A DNA stretch of 36,018 bases from a virus (IMGVR_UViG_3300048080_000098:1-36018); one strand, 5' to 3'. Positions 9,247 to 18,681 are shown, numbered from the stretch's first letter. Notes: generated from the sequence alone by a model not told the origin. Numbers and translations are program-made.

Positions 9247-9711
9247 ATGACGAATACGACGACGTTCAAGTACCAGGAGTACCTAGCAAGCCGAGAGTGG
9301 GCGGAGAAACGAGAAGCCGTCCGAGAGCGCTCAGGCGACCGGTGCGAGCGCTGCGGTGGGCCACAGCAGGCCGTCCACCATCTGACGTATGAGCGGATCG
9401 GCCACGAGCTGCTGGAGGACTTGCAGGCGGTGTGCGATCCCTGCCACGAGTACCTGTCGGCGAAGCGGGAGGATGATCCAGCAGCTCACCCCCATCCTCG
9501 CCTATTCAGTCTGATGAATCGTGAGGGTTGGTCACGTGGCGCCTGCTTTCTTCTTGGCATCGCCCTCTCCAGAGTAGACACCAAGCGCACGGAGGAGCTG
9601 TGGGAATACATGCTGCTTCACGATTCACGATTCATAGAGTTAGAGGATGCGTTCTTGGGGTACGCCGATTCCCTCGCTGGCGACCAATACTTTGCGAGGT
9701 TGCCTGCATGA
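9247..9711 (+). CDS. HNH endonuclease domain protein
   Basis: YL.S.EW...R, CERC, VHHLTY, DLQAVCDPCH. Confidence 0.88.
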   Translation: MTNTTTFKYQEYLASREWAEKREAVRERSGDRCERCGGPQQAVHHLTYERIGHELLEDLQAVCDPCHEYLSAKREDDPAAHPHPRLFSLMNREGWSRGACFLLGIALSRVDTKRTEELWEYMLLHDSRFIELEDAFLGYADSLAGDQYFARLPA

Positions 9712-10037
9712 CGTGGGCACGGCTGGACGACCGCTTCCCTGAGCACCCGAAGGTTGTCGGCCTCTCCGATGCCGCCTTCCGCCTGCATATCAAAGCGCTC
9801 TGCTACGTCGCTCGCAACAGAACCGACGGGCACTTGCCCAACGCTGTGCCGCGTTCACTTGGTGGTATGCCGCGTCAGGTGGCCGAGCTGCTGAGCGCTG
9901 CTGTGTGGGAAAAGAACGGCGACGCTTGGATCATCCACGACTACCTGGATTACAACCCTAGCCGGGCCGAGCTCGCGGAGATGGCGGCTAAAAAGGCGAA
10001 GGCTGGTGCCAAGGGCGCTGCTAGGCGGTGGGGATAG
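9708..10037 (+). CDS. Phage replication initiator-like N-terminal domain
   Basis: WARLDD.F..HPKV..LSD.AFRL...TDG...W.IHDYLDYN resembles actinophage-type RepA N-termini. Confidence 0.75.
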   Translation: MTWARLDDRFPEHPKVVGLSDAAFRLHIKALCYVARNRTDGHLPNAVPRSLGGMPRQVAELLSAAVWEKNGDAWIIHDYLDYNPSRAELAEMAAKKAKAGAKGAARRWG

Positions 10038-10200
10038 CAAATGGATAGCAGACATGATGGCAGGTGCTATGGCAGATGGATAGGTAGGCCATGGCCACAC
10101 CCATTAACGTTAACAGCCCACACTTCGAAGGGGATCGTAGATCAGCGTAAGAAACATGATCTAGAGACAACGACAGACGGTCTTGTCCGTTGTCTCACCT
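10030..10200. other. Putative replication origin (short direct repeats, palindrome, dyad)
   Basis: GATAGCA/ATGGCA repeats at 11-12 bp spacing, TTAACGTTAA, and GAGACAACG...CGTTGTCTC. Confidence 0.5.
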
Positions 10201-10210
10201 GGAGGTTGCC

Positions 10211-10648
10211 ATGACTTCTGCATTCGACCTGTGCGTCGAGACGTTCGGCAAGGTACCCGCTTCTTGGAAGGACAGGCTTCTTTCCCTTGAGGAGCACTAC
10301 GCCGAGTCTGAGCTGACGTTCGCGTTCGCAGAGGCGAAGCGCCGCGAGGCGAAAGACCTCAAGTACGTCGAGGGCATCTTGAAGAACCGCCGTGCTGAGA
10401 CAGGCGGTAAGGTCGGCACGGATTGGGAGCGCGAAACGGAGTCGTGGAAGCACTCGCCGCACGTCCACGTCCTCACCAGGAACGACGGCTACTCCGGGAC
10501 GGCGCCGGAGGTTTCGCGTGAAGAAATCGCAGGAATGGCAATCGAATCCTTGCGCTGGTGGAGCGCTCAACCCGCGTGCCTTCTCAACGAAAAAAACGTG
10601 GCACTTGTTGCCGAGGAACTTGCACGATATGACGCAGCCCGAGGTTAG
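10211..10648 (+). CDS. DnaD/DnaB_2-like domain replication protein
   Basis: GGAGG SD; AFAEA......LKYVEGILKN motif. Confidence 0.72.
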   Translation: MTSAFDLCVETFGKVPASWKDRLLSLEEHYAESELTFAFAEAKRREAKDLKYVEGILKNRRAETGGKVGTDWERETESWKHSPHVHVLTRNDGYSGTAPEVSREEIAGMAIESLRWWSAQPACLLNEKNVALVAEELARYDAARG

Positions 10649-10856
10649 GGTCAAGCTCCCGGCCAGCGACCGCTTGGCGCTGTTCTGGTGCCGCCGCTGC
10701 ATGCGTGCCACGCCCCACGACACCAGGCGCATCGACTCGCCTTCGGAAAAGCACGGCGGCCGTGACGCTATCGGTCGCTGCTCGAAATGTGGCCGCCGCA
10801 ACGCTGGGATGCTGCCGCCAACGAAGGCCTGGCGTGAGGAGAGGAGCGGGGCATGA
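10629..10856 (+). CDS. Zinc-ribbon protein
   Basis: GAGG SD; CRRC and CSKC. Confidence 0.6.
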   Translation: MTQPEVRVKLPASDRLALFWCRRCMRATPHDTRRIDSPSEKHGGRDAIGRCSKCGRRNAGMLPPTKAWREERSGA

Positions 10857-10908
10857 GGTTCGCTGATGCTGGCCGGACGTGGCGTACAGCGCGTGGTAGA
10901 CTAGGACG

Positions 10909-11010
10909 ATGACGAGAGACACGACCCTTAGTTTTCTCGGCGGGATGTTGACTGGCGCAGTGATCGCGGTGGGCGGCATCACGGCGGGCTTCATCGTGGG
11001 TGGCTTCTGA
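10909..11010 (+). CDS. 33-aa hydrophobic membrane peptide
   Basis: Translated by hand (MTRDTTLSFLGGMLTGAVIAVGGITAGFIVGGF). Preceded by a TGGTAGACT extended -10-like box. Confidence 0.5.
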   Translation: MTRDTTLSFLGGMLTGAVIAVGGITAGFIVGGF

Positions 11011-11153
11011 TGCCTGCTGACCTCGCTCTCGTAGGCGCCCTGATACGCATCCTACAGGCGGTGTTCTTCCAGCGCCCCATCGCACCGCTCGACGCCACGC
11101 GCGTCCACGGCTGGTTGCACACGCTGGGCATCGAGTTCGGGACGAAGACGTGA
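11010..11153 (+). CDS. 47-aa hypothetical protein
   Basis: TGATG couplings at both ends. Confidence 0.5.
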   Translation: MPADLALVGALIRILQAVFFQRPIAPLDATRVHGWLHTLGIEFGTKT

Positions 11154-11518
11154 TGCCCACTGCCCCACTCCGTCCATGCACCGAGAGCGGCTGCCCTACC
11201 CTCACCAGCGGCCCACGTTGCGACGCACACGAGACGCAGCACCAGCGGCGCTACGACCGCGCACGTGGGACAGCTGCACAACGAGGGTACGACGCGCATC
11301 ATCGTCAATGGCGCGCGGCAGTCCTTGCGCGAGACCCGCTGTGCCGCGACTGTGCGGCCTTGGGGCGCAGAACCCTATCTACCGTAGCCGACCACATCAT
11401 CCCACTGCGCCGTGGCGGTACATGGGCGCTAGAGAACGGTGCTGGCATGTGCCTCTCGCATCACAATGCAAAAACTCGGCGCGAACAAATGACGATGGCG
11501 AACATGGGAGGGGGATGA
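11153..11518 (+). CDS. Packaging-associated HNH endonuclease (HK97 gp74-like)
   Basis: PC...GCP......C..H, RGY, PLCRDC, ADHIIP, C..HHN.KT, immediately before TerS. Confidence 0.92.
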   Translation: MPTAPLRPCTESGCPTLTSGPRCDAHETQHQRRYDRARGTAAQRGYDAHHRQWRAAVLARDPLCRDCAALGRRTLSTVADHIIPLRRGGTWALENGAGMCLSHHNAKTRREQMTMANMGGG

Positions 11519-11588
11519 AAAACTTGATGACGCCAACCCTCCAGAACCGCCCGCTACCCTCGCGCGCGTCGCCGAAAGTTAATCTCTG
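11505..11588. other. Probable cos/packaging initiation region
   Basis: Inferred from position between HNH and TerS, with the G-run/A-run pattern seen there in HK97-like cos phages. Confidence 0.4.
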
Positions 11589-12005
11589 ATGGGAAAACGC
11601 GGCCCAGCGCCGAAGCCGACTGCCATCCGTGTGCTGGAAGGCAACGCGGGCAAGATCGCGATCAACGAACACGAGCCGGAACCACTGACCGGCATCCCTT
11701 CTCGCCCGGTGTGGCTCTCGGAGCGCGCCGAGCAACACTGGGACGAACTCGTACCACAGCTCGATTACATGCGTGTCCTGACGCAGGCCGATATGACGGC
11801 GCTCGGCCTGCTCTGCGATGCGCTTGGCGAGTGGCGAGAGAAGCGCGACACGAACTCGCGCGAGGCGGCGGAAGCGATGCGCCGCGCCATGTCGCTGATG
11901 GGTCGATTCGGGCTCACGCCAGCGGACCGGACGAAGATCGCAGCGACGCCGAAAGAGAAGCCGGAGGGCTTGGACGCGCTCAGGAAACGGAGCAAGGGCG
12001 CGTGA
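11589..12005 (+). CDS. terS: Terminase small subunit (P27 family)
   Basis: RGPAPKPT...LEGN, P.WLS..A...W, FGLTPADR. Confidence 0.93.
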   Translation: MGKRGPAPKPTAIRVLEGNAGKIAINEHEPEPLTGIPSRPVWLSERAEQHWDELVPQLDYMRVLTQADMTALGLLCDALGEWREKRDTNSREAAEAMRRAMSLMGRFGLTPADRTKIAATPKEKPEGLDALRKRSKGA

Positions 12006-12175
12006 CGTATCCAGGCCAGATCGAAAGGCCACTTGAGGCGGCTGCCCTGCGATATCTCGGTAAGACCTATCAGCAAATTGCCGATCACTTCGGGTTCCGC
12101 TCCCGTGAGTGGGCGCGTCTGCTTGTTGCAAAGGGGGCGAGGCGACGCCGCAACCGGGAGAGGAAACAGCCGTGA
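12002..12175 (+). CDS. Small helix-turn-helix protein
   Basis: LR..G.TYQQIADHFG; GTGA overlaps with TerS and TerL. Confidence 0.65.
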   Translation: MTYPGQIERPLEAAALRYLGKTYQQIADHFGFRSREWARLLVAKGARRRRNRERKQP

Positions 12176-13875
12176 CCATCGCCCCGCCCCGCCGCAAGCG
12201 CAAGGCCCCGCCCGCTGACCCCACCACCGCCTACGCTCGCGCCGTTATCGCGGGCGAGATCGTCACGGGCCAGCTCGTGCGCCAAGCGTGCGAGCGCCAC
12301 ATCGCCGATCTAGAGCGCGCCGATCTGCGCTTCGACGTGGCCGATGCCGGTCGTGCTATCGCCTTCTTTGCAGAGCTGAAGCAGCATAAAGGACGTTGGG
12401 CGGGTAAGTCGCTCACGCTTCAACCGTGGCAGGCATTCGTTGTCGGCTCGATCATAGGCTGGAAGCTCCCCCCAGATGGCCGTCTTCGCCGCTTCCGGCA
12501 TGGCTATGTCAGCGTCGCGCGAAAGAACGGCAAGTCTACGACCGCCGCTGGCCTCGCGCTGTTCCTGTTGGACTTCGACGAAGAGCCAGGCGCGGAGATT
12601 TACGCGGCTGCGACGCAACGCGCGCAGGCGCGTATCTGCTGGGAAGAGGCGGCTTGGATGGTGCGGAACAGCGCCGACCTCAAGGCGCGCATCCGAATCA
12701 TCGATTCCCGGGCGAACATGCACGTCATGGAGACGGCCTCGAAGTTCGAGGCGCTGGGCAAGGACATGGACTCGCTCGACGGGAAGAACGTCCACGCCGG
12801 CGTCCTTGACGAGCTGCACGCACACCCCAACCGCGAGGTCGTCGACGCGCTGGAGAAGGGCACCGGCGCCCGCGAGCAACCGCTGATCTTCTACATCACG
12901 ACGGCGGGCCTGGAGCGCGAGTCGATCTACTCCGAGACCGACGACTACGCGCGGCGCATCATGGACGGCTCGGTCGAGAACGATACCTGGTTCGTCTATT
13001 TGGCGACCCTGGACGCCGAAGACAACTGGCAGGACGCCGCCAACTACATCAAGGCCAACCCATCGCTCGGCGTCACGCTCCGCCCCGAAGACCTGGAGCA
13101 GGAGCGGGACGAAGCGATGGAGAAACCTGGCATGGTCAACACCTTCAAGCGCAAGCGGCTGAACATGCGGACGGGGCAGTTCTCGGCGCGCTTCACGCCA
13201 GAGAGCTGGGACGCCTGCCGCGCCCCGTTCGAGCCGGACGAACTTGTTGGGCGCGAGTGCTACGCCGGCCTCGACCTCGCCTCGACAACCGACGTGGCCG
13301 CGTTCGTGCTGGTCTTCCCCGACCCCGAGGGAGACTACGTGCTCCCCTACTTCTGGGTGCCGGAGCAGGCGAGCGCGCGCCGCTGGGAGCGCGAGGGCGT
13401 GGCTTACCCCGAGTGGATCGCGGGCGGGTACATCAAGGCGACCGAAGGCAACATCACCGACTACGACGTGATCCGCGAGGACATCCGCGAGCTGGCCGAG
13501 CGCTTCCCCATCAAGGAGATCGCCTACGACAAGTGGAACGCGACGCAGCTCATCACGCAGCTCAAGCAGGATGGGGCGATGTGCGTTCCGATCAGCCAGA
13601 ATTACGCATCGCTCTCAGCGCCCGCCAAGCACTTTGAGGCGCAGGTCTACGGCCAGAAGCTTCGGCATGACGGCAACCCCGTGTTACGCTGGATGGTGCT
13701 CAACGTGGAGTACGTCGAGGACGTGGCTGGCAACGTAAGGCCCGCGCGCGACAAGAGCGCCGACAAGATCGACGGCGTGGCCGCCATCATCGACGCCTAC
13801 GCGCGCGCGATCGTGTACACTGGCCCGCAGAATAGAGGAATCTCCGTGTATGTTTCGGGTGACGAGGACAGGTGA
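12172..13875 (+). CDS. terL: Terminase large subunit
   Basis: LQPWQ, ARKNGKS (Walker A), LDELH (Walker B), ITTAG, GLDLAS..D, KIDG. Confidence 0.97.
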   Translation: MTIAPPRRKRKAPPADPTTAYARAVIAGEIVTGQLVRQACERHIADLERADLRFDVADAGRAIAFFAELKQHKGRWAGKSLTLQPWQAFVVGSIIGWKLPPDGRLRRFRHGYVSVARKNGKSTTAAGLALFLLDFDEEPGAEIYAAATQRAQARICWEEAAWMVRNSADLKARIRIIDSRANMHVMETASKFEALGKDMDSLDGKNVHAGVLDELHAHPNREVVDALEKGTGAREQPLIFYITTAGLERESIYSETDDYARRIMDGSVENDTWFVYLATLDAEDNWQDAANYIKANPSLGVTLRPEDLEQERDEAMEKPGMVNTFKRKRLNMRTGQFSARFTPESWDACRAPFEPDELVGRECYAGLDLASTTDVAAFVLVFPDPEGDYVLPYFWVPEQASARRWEREGVAYPEWIAGGYIKATEGNITDYDVIREDIRELAERFPIKEIAYDKWNATQLITQLKQDGAMCVPISQNYASLSAPAKHFEAQVYGQKLRHDGNPVLRWMVLNVEYVEDVAGNVRPARDKSADKIDGVAAIIDAYARAIVYTGPQNRGISVYVSGDEDR

Positions 13876-14033
13876 TACGTTGGGCCGCCGAGATCGTGGG
13901 CGTACTCGCGCTAGCGGCGGCGGCGGCGCTCTGGTGGCTACCGCTGGGAATCGCGATCTGTGGAGTGTACCTGATCATCGTGGCCCAAGTGGGAGGTGAC
14001 GAAAATGACAGCCCTGAAGACCGCCGCCCGTAA
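13872..14033 (+). CDS. Small two-helix membrane protein between TerL and portal
   Basis: Translated by hand; GAGG SD, GTGA overlap, very hydrophobic. Confidence 0.6.
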   Translation: MIRWAAEIVGVLALAAAAALWWLPLGIAICGVYLIIVAQVGGDENDSPEDRRP

Positions 14034-15387
14034 CGCCTTCTCGATCATCAAGGGCGCTACCCCTCCCGACTTCAGCGGCGTCACCGGCCAGATCAATCAC
14101 CGCACGGGGCCCGCCACACTCTCCGGCCAGAAGATCGACGAGGCGTCGTCTCTCCGCGTAGCCGCGATCTGGATCGCCGTCTCCGTGCTCGCCGACGAAC
14201 AGGCGTCGCTCGTGATGCGGATCGTTCGCAAGGACGATCAGCAGCGGACGCCCCAGCAGCCGGAGAGCCTAAGGGCGTTGTGGAGTGATGAACCGAACCC
14301 CGACCAAACCCACTTCGGCATCGAGGCGACCGAGACGATGAGCATGGCGCTGTGGGGCGCGAGCTACACCATGCTCGGCTGGAATCGCGCTGGCGACCTC
14401 GATGTGCGCTGGCCGGTCGACCCCGCCCGCGTGTCGCTGGAACGTCTGGACGGCGGCGGCCTGCGCCTCAAGGCAACTGGACAAGGGGAGCTGAACAACC
14501 GCCCAGGCGAGCGACCGGAGTTCGCCTACTGCCCGCTCTACACGCTGCCAGGGAGCATCGAGCCGGTGTCGCCGGTACGCATGGCCGCCGAGCTCGCCGG
14601 TCTGTCGCTGGCATACCAGGAGACAGCGGCGCGATTGATGGGCCGGGGCTTGAACCCTTCGGCTGTGGTGATGGCCGGGGAGCCAGTTGACGAGGAACAG
14701 GCGAAGGCGATTGCAGGGCGGATAGAGGAGGGGCATGGTGGCGCGGGCCGAGCAGGTGGCACGATCGTCCTTGGAGGGCACAATCTCAAGCTCGAACGGC
14801 TGACGATGAGCATGGCCGACGCCGAGTTTGTCGCCCAACACGATCTCGTCTTCAAGATGCTGCTGTCGATGTGGCGCATCCCGCCGACCGTGGCCGGCAT
14901 GGTGGACAAGCCCTCGACGTGGGGCACCGGCGTCGCCGAGTTCTCGCGTGGGCTGGAGCGCTTCACGCTGCGTCCGATCGTGCAACGGCGCCAGTCCGCG
15001 CACCACAAGTACATCACCACCTGGGTCGATCCTGCATTGCAGGTGAAGTACCTCTTCGATTCACTCTTGTCGGCGTCGCCGAAGGACCGAGCGGAGATTC
15101 AGAAGACGCGCATGATGATGGGCGCCACATCCGTCGAACGGGTGCTTGCTCAGGAAGACGAGCCGCCGTTCGGTGAGGACGAGACAGTCTACTCGCAGCT
15201 CGCGCTTGCCACCGACGAAGACCGGCGGCTGCAACGCCTGAAGAGCCAGGCCGAGGCATACGGCGCCCTGATCCGAGCTGGCGTCGAGCCGGACGCTGCG
15301 GCGACTGAGACAGGCTTCGACCCGTCGCTACTCACCCACACCGGCCTAGCGCCCGTGACCGTACAGCCTGAAGGAGGCGAAGGATGA
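14005..15387 (+). CDS. Portal protein (HK97 family)
   Basis: Position after TerL; PNP.QT, SPV, D.EF, IPP...G, TL.P. Confidence 0.93.
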   Translation: MTALKTAARNAFSIIKGATPPDFSGVTGQINHRTGPATLSGQKIDEASSLRVAAIWIAVSVLADEQASLVMRIVRKDDQQRTPQQPESLRALWSDEPNPDQTHFGIEATETMSMALWGASYTMLGWNRAGDLDVRWPVDPARVSLERLDGGGLRLKATGQGELNNRPGERPEFAYCPLYTLPGSIEPVSPVRMAAELAGLSLAYQETAARLMGRGLNPSAVVMAGEPVDEEQAKAIAGRIEEGHGGAGRAGGTIVLGGHNLKLERLTMSMADAEFVAQHDLVFKMLLSMWRIPPTVAGMVDKPSTWGTGVAEFSRGLERFTLRPIVQRRQSAHHKYITTWVDPALQVKYLFDSLLSASPKDRAEIQKTRMMMGATSVERVLAQEDEPPFGEDETVYSQLALATDEDRRLQRLKSQAEAYGALIRAGVEPDAAATETGFDPSLLTHTGLAPVTVQPEGGEG

Positions 15388-15641
15388 TCCCGTTCGCTGT
15401 CACCATCGAGGGCCTCGACTACGCGCCTGCGTTTTGGGCGCTCGCTGTCACCGAGGACAAGCTGCTCTCGGCGGACGAAAATGGCGCGCTCGTCTGGTAC
15501 CCACTCGCGGACTGCAAGCTCGCCAGCATCGTGTCGCCGGACGCGCCCAAGCCGGTAATCGTTGTGCAGCCGCCGAGCAACGGCGTGATCGCTCTGCCGA
15601 ATCGCGCGGCGCGGAGACGACTGGAGCGAGACGGTCTTTGA
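15384..15641 (+). CDS. Hypothetical protein (C-terminal NRAARR)
   Basis: AAGGAGG SD, ATGA overlap. Confidence 0.7.
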   Translation: MIPFAVTIEGLDYAPAFWALAVTEDKLLSADENGALVWYPLADCKLASIVSPDAPKPVIVVQPPSNGVIALPNRAARRRLERDGL

Positions 15642-15652
15642 ATCCAGGCGAT

Positions 15653-15838
15653 ATGGCTCGCGCTATCGAGACGCCCTGGCGGTCGATCCACTGCCCGAAT
15701 TGCGGGCGGAGGCTGGAGGAGCTGGCGGGCGCGGCGCGGATCAAGTGCCGTTCGTGCGGCGTCGTCGTCACGGCAGAGACGGCGGGCGAGTACATCACGG
15801 TTCAGGCGTGCTTGACAACGGCTCGCGCTAGGCCGTAA
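15653..15838 (+). CDS. Mu Com-like zinc-finger regulator
   Basis: I.CPNCGR.L........IKCRSC. Confidence 0.7.
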   Translation: MARAIETPWRSIHCPNCGRRLEELAGAARIKCRSCGVVVTAETAGEYITVQACLTTARARP

Positions 15839-15841
15839 ACT
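15812..15841 (+). promoter_or_regulatory. Sigma70-type promoter for head genes
   Basis: TTGACA-18 bp-TAAACT. Confidence 0.55.
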
Positions 15842-15939
15842 AGCGCTCAGGAACAACCGAATAGCTCTACGGCCCGCACGGCCATACGGCCACGCAATCA
15901 CTCTAACGGCCCTCCGAGTGACGGAAGGGCCGTTTCTCT

Positions 15940-16716
15940 TTGTTCGACAAGCGCCTCGCGGCATTCGCTCGCAACAGTGCTCCGCCGCGCCCTTGGTACA
16001 GCGTACGCAACCTCGCTGACGGCGAGGCCGAGCTGTTCATCTACGACTACATCGGCTTCGACCCGTTCTTCGGCGGCGTCGGGGCCGCTGACTTCGTGCG
16101 CGACCTCCGCGCGATCAACGCCAGCAAAATCCTTCTCCGCATCAACAGTCCGGGCGGTGACATCTCCGAGGCGGTGACGATCCGCAACGCGCTGATCGAG
16201 CATCCCGCCGAGATCGAGACGCACGTCGACGGCCTTGCCGCATCCTCCGCCTCATGGGTGGGGCTGGGCGACTGGCCGATGATCATGTCGCCACACGCGA
16301 TGATGATGATCCACGAACCGTGGTTCATGGTTGGCGGCGACGCCGAGTACCTCCGCAAGCAGAGCGATGTCCTGGACAAGTTCGGCGCTGACATCGCCAA
16401 GATGTACGTCGAGAAGGCGGGCGGCGAGCTGGACACCTGGCGCGCCGCGATGCGCGAAGAGACGTGGTACTCCGACGAAGAGGCGGTCGCCGCTGGCCTC
16501 GCGGATGAGGTCGCCACACAGGAAGCGCCCGCCACCGAGAACCGCTACGACCCCGGCATCCTCGCGATGTTCCAGCACACCCCTGAACACCTGACGCGCA
16601 ACACCAAACCGCAGCCAACGCCGCAACCGAGGGCGGCAGATCATCCGCCGGAGCTGGTACGAGCGCGGCTCGTCTCCCAGCGCAACGAAGCACGCCGACT
16701 CGGCGTGCCAGTGTAG
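15940..16716 (+). CDS. ClpP-type prohead maturation protease
   Basis: INSPGG, DGLAASSAS, MIHEPW, ETW..EEAV..GLAD. Confidence 0.95.
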   Translation: MFDKRLAAFARNSAPPRPWYSVRNLADGEAELFIYDYIGFDPFFGGVGAADFVRDLRAINASKILLRINSPGGDISEAVTIRNALIEHPAEIETHVDGLAASSASWVGLGDWPMIMSPHAMMMIHEPWFMVGGDAEYLRKQSDVLDKFGADIAKMYVEKAGGELDTWRAAMREETWYSDEEAVAAGLADEVATQEAPATENRYDPGILAMFQHTPEHLTRNTKPQPTPQPRAADHPPELVRARLVSQRNEARRLGVPV

Positions 16717-16731
16717 AGGAGGACAAACGCA

Positions 16732-18165
16732 ATGCCACTCATGCCTTTGCTACTCGCCATGCTGAGGCAACCGTTCCATGCTGTATCGAAGCCGACGCTT
16801 CAGGCTTGGGCGCGGTTCCGTCGCGGCTCCGGCCGCCGCTTGGTGCACGCACTCGCGAGCGAGTTCGGCGCCCTCACCATCAAGGTAGATCGCAAGGAAG
16901 ATGTCGAGGCGCTAAGCAGGGAGCACCTGCGAACCGCTATCGACGAACGCTCGGAGGTGCTGCACAACATCTTCGAGGAGGCGGGCGCAGACCTGGACGC
17001 CTCGAAGGTGAAGATCATCGAGGTCAAGGATGGTGTCGAGCTGGCACAGCAGGTCAACGCTCGTAACGAAGAGCTGAACTGGCTGGGCGAGCGACAGCAG
17101 CACTTCGACGCGCTGGACGCGGTAAACCGCTCGAACGAAGAGCGGCGACGCCAGCCCGCGGGCGCAGACCCGAACAACTGGGCTCCGACAGGCAGCCGTC
17201 CTGCCGACCAGCCGCCCCGCCACAAGTCGCTGGGCGAGGTGTTCGTCGAGTCTGAGCTTTATCAGAAGGCGAAGGATCACCAGGACGCGCGGATGGATGG
17301 TGGCCACGTCTCGCAGTTCCTGCCACGCCCGATCAACGCGGAGTTTCTGACTACCGCTGGCTGGGCGCCGGAATCGCTGCGCACGGGCCGCCTGGTGCTC
17401 GACGAGCAGCGCGAGATCGAAGTCACCGACGTGCTCCCTGCCATCCCGACCACGCAGGCGGCAGTGGTGTACATGGAGGAGACGACGTTCACGAACGCCG
17501 CCGCTGAACGCGCCGAGTCCGCCGCTTACGCGGAATCGACGCTGGCCTTGACCGAGCGTTCGCAAACGGTGCGCTCGGTGGGCACAAGCATCCCCGTCTC
17601 GGATGAACAACTCGCCGATGTCGTCGGTGTTCGCGCCTATCTCGATAGCCGTCTGGGCTTCATGGTGCGACAGCGCCTCGACTCGCAAATCCTTGTTGGC
17701 AACGGCACAGCGCCGAACCTACTGGGGACGCTTAACGTCTCGGGCATCAACACCCAGGCGCTCGGTGCGGATACGCGCCCAGACGCCATCTACAAGGGCA
17801 TCAAGGCCGCGCGCGTGACTGGTCGGGCGGAGCCCAACGTAGTCATCATCCACCCGAACGACTGGGAGCCGATCCGGCTCCTGAAGACCACGGACGGCGT
17901 CTACATCTGGGGCGCACCATCAGACACGGGCGTGATGCGCATCTGGGGGCTGCCCGTCATTGCGACGACCGCTGTCACTGAAGGCACGGCGATTGCGGGA
18001 GACTACGCCCGCTTCTCTGCTCTGCATGTCCGGCAGGGCCTGGAAGTCCTCACGGGCTTCGTCAACGACGACTTCCTCGACGGACGGCAGACGGTTCGCG
18101 CTGGATTGCGTGTCGCGGTCGTTCACTACCGGCCTTCGGCGTTCACACAGATCACGGGACTGTAG
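16732..18165 (+). CDS. Major capsid protein (HK97 fold)
   Basis: GAGGAGG SD; position; QILVGNG, HPNDW..IRLLK..DG.Y, IWGLPV, RPSAF. Confidence 0.95.
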   Translation: MPLMPLLLAMLRQPFHAVSKPTLQAWARFRRGSGRRLVHALASEFGALTIKVDRKEDVEALSREHLRTAIDERSEVLHNIFEEAGADLDASKVKIIEVKDGVELAQQVNARNEELNWLGERQQHFDALDAVNRSNEERRRQPAGADPNNWAPTGSRPADQPPRHKSLGEVFVESELYQKAKDHQDARMDGGHVSQFLPRPINAEFLTTAGWAPESLRTGRLVLDEQREIEVTDVLPAIPTTQAAVVYMEETTFTNAAAERAESAAYAESTLALTERSQTVRSVGTSIPVSDEQLADVVGVRAYLDSRLGFMVRQRLDSQILVGNGTAPNLLGTLNVSGINTQALGADTRPDAIYKGIKAARVTGRAEPNVVIIHPNDWEPIRLLKTTDGVYIWGAPSDTGVMRIWGLPVIATTAVTEGTAIAGDYARFSALHVRQGLEVLTGFVNDDFLDGRQTVRAGLRVAVVHYRPSAFTQITGL

Positions 18166-18191
18166 CCGAGCGGCGTAAGGAGGAATAGCCA

Positions 18192-18650
18192 ATGGCCACG
18201 ATTCTCAAGCCCGCTGTCGAACCCCAATCCGCTGGCGCTCCATCGCCGGAATTGTTCGTGGTGACGCTACTTACGTCGCAAGAGGTGAAGGCGCTCGCCG
18301 CCACGAACATCGATCTCGTACCTGCGCCCGGCGCTGGCCTGGCGCTCGTGCCGACGAAGGTTGTCTATTCGCTCGACCGGAACGCGGCGTATGACGACGC
18401 GGCGGCGGATGGCAACCTGATCCTCGCCTACAAGACGACGCAGACCGCGCTGATCACCACGGAGGCGGACACGTTCATTGACGCCGCCGCTGACCGCGCG
18501 ACATGCGAATGGATGCCCGTCGCTGACTTTGTGCCGGAGGCGAACACCGCCATCGTGATCGACAACGATGGCCCGGAGTTCACTGGCGATGCCACGAACC
18601 TGAATACGCTCAAGATCACGGTGTATTACATCGTCGTACCGATGACGTAG
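18192..18650 (+). CDS. Putative virion (head decoration) protein
   Basis: AAGGAGG SD, beta-rich, directly after the capsid gene. Confidence 0.7.
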   Translation: MATILKPAVEPQSAGAPSPELFVVTLLTSQEVKALAATNIDLVPAPGAGLALVPTKVVYSLDRNAAYDDAAADGNLILAYKTTQTALITTEADTFIDAAADRATCEWMPVADFVPEANTAIVIDNDGPEFTGDATNLNTLKITVYYIVVPMT

Positions 18651-18681
18651 AGTCCGCCGACGGCGGACAGGAGGAACGTAC

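Noticed and set aside
18652-18668. GTCCGCC-GAC-GGCGGAC hairpin as a terminator
   Set aside because: No U-tract and it abuts the next SD; at most a stability or processing element.
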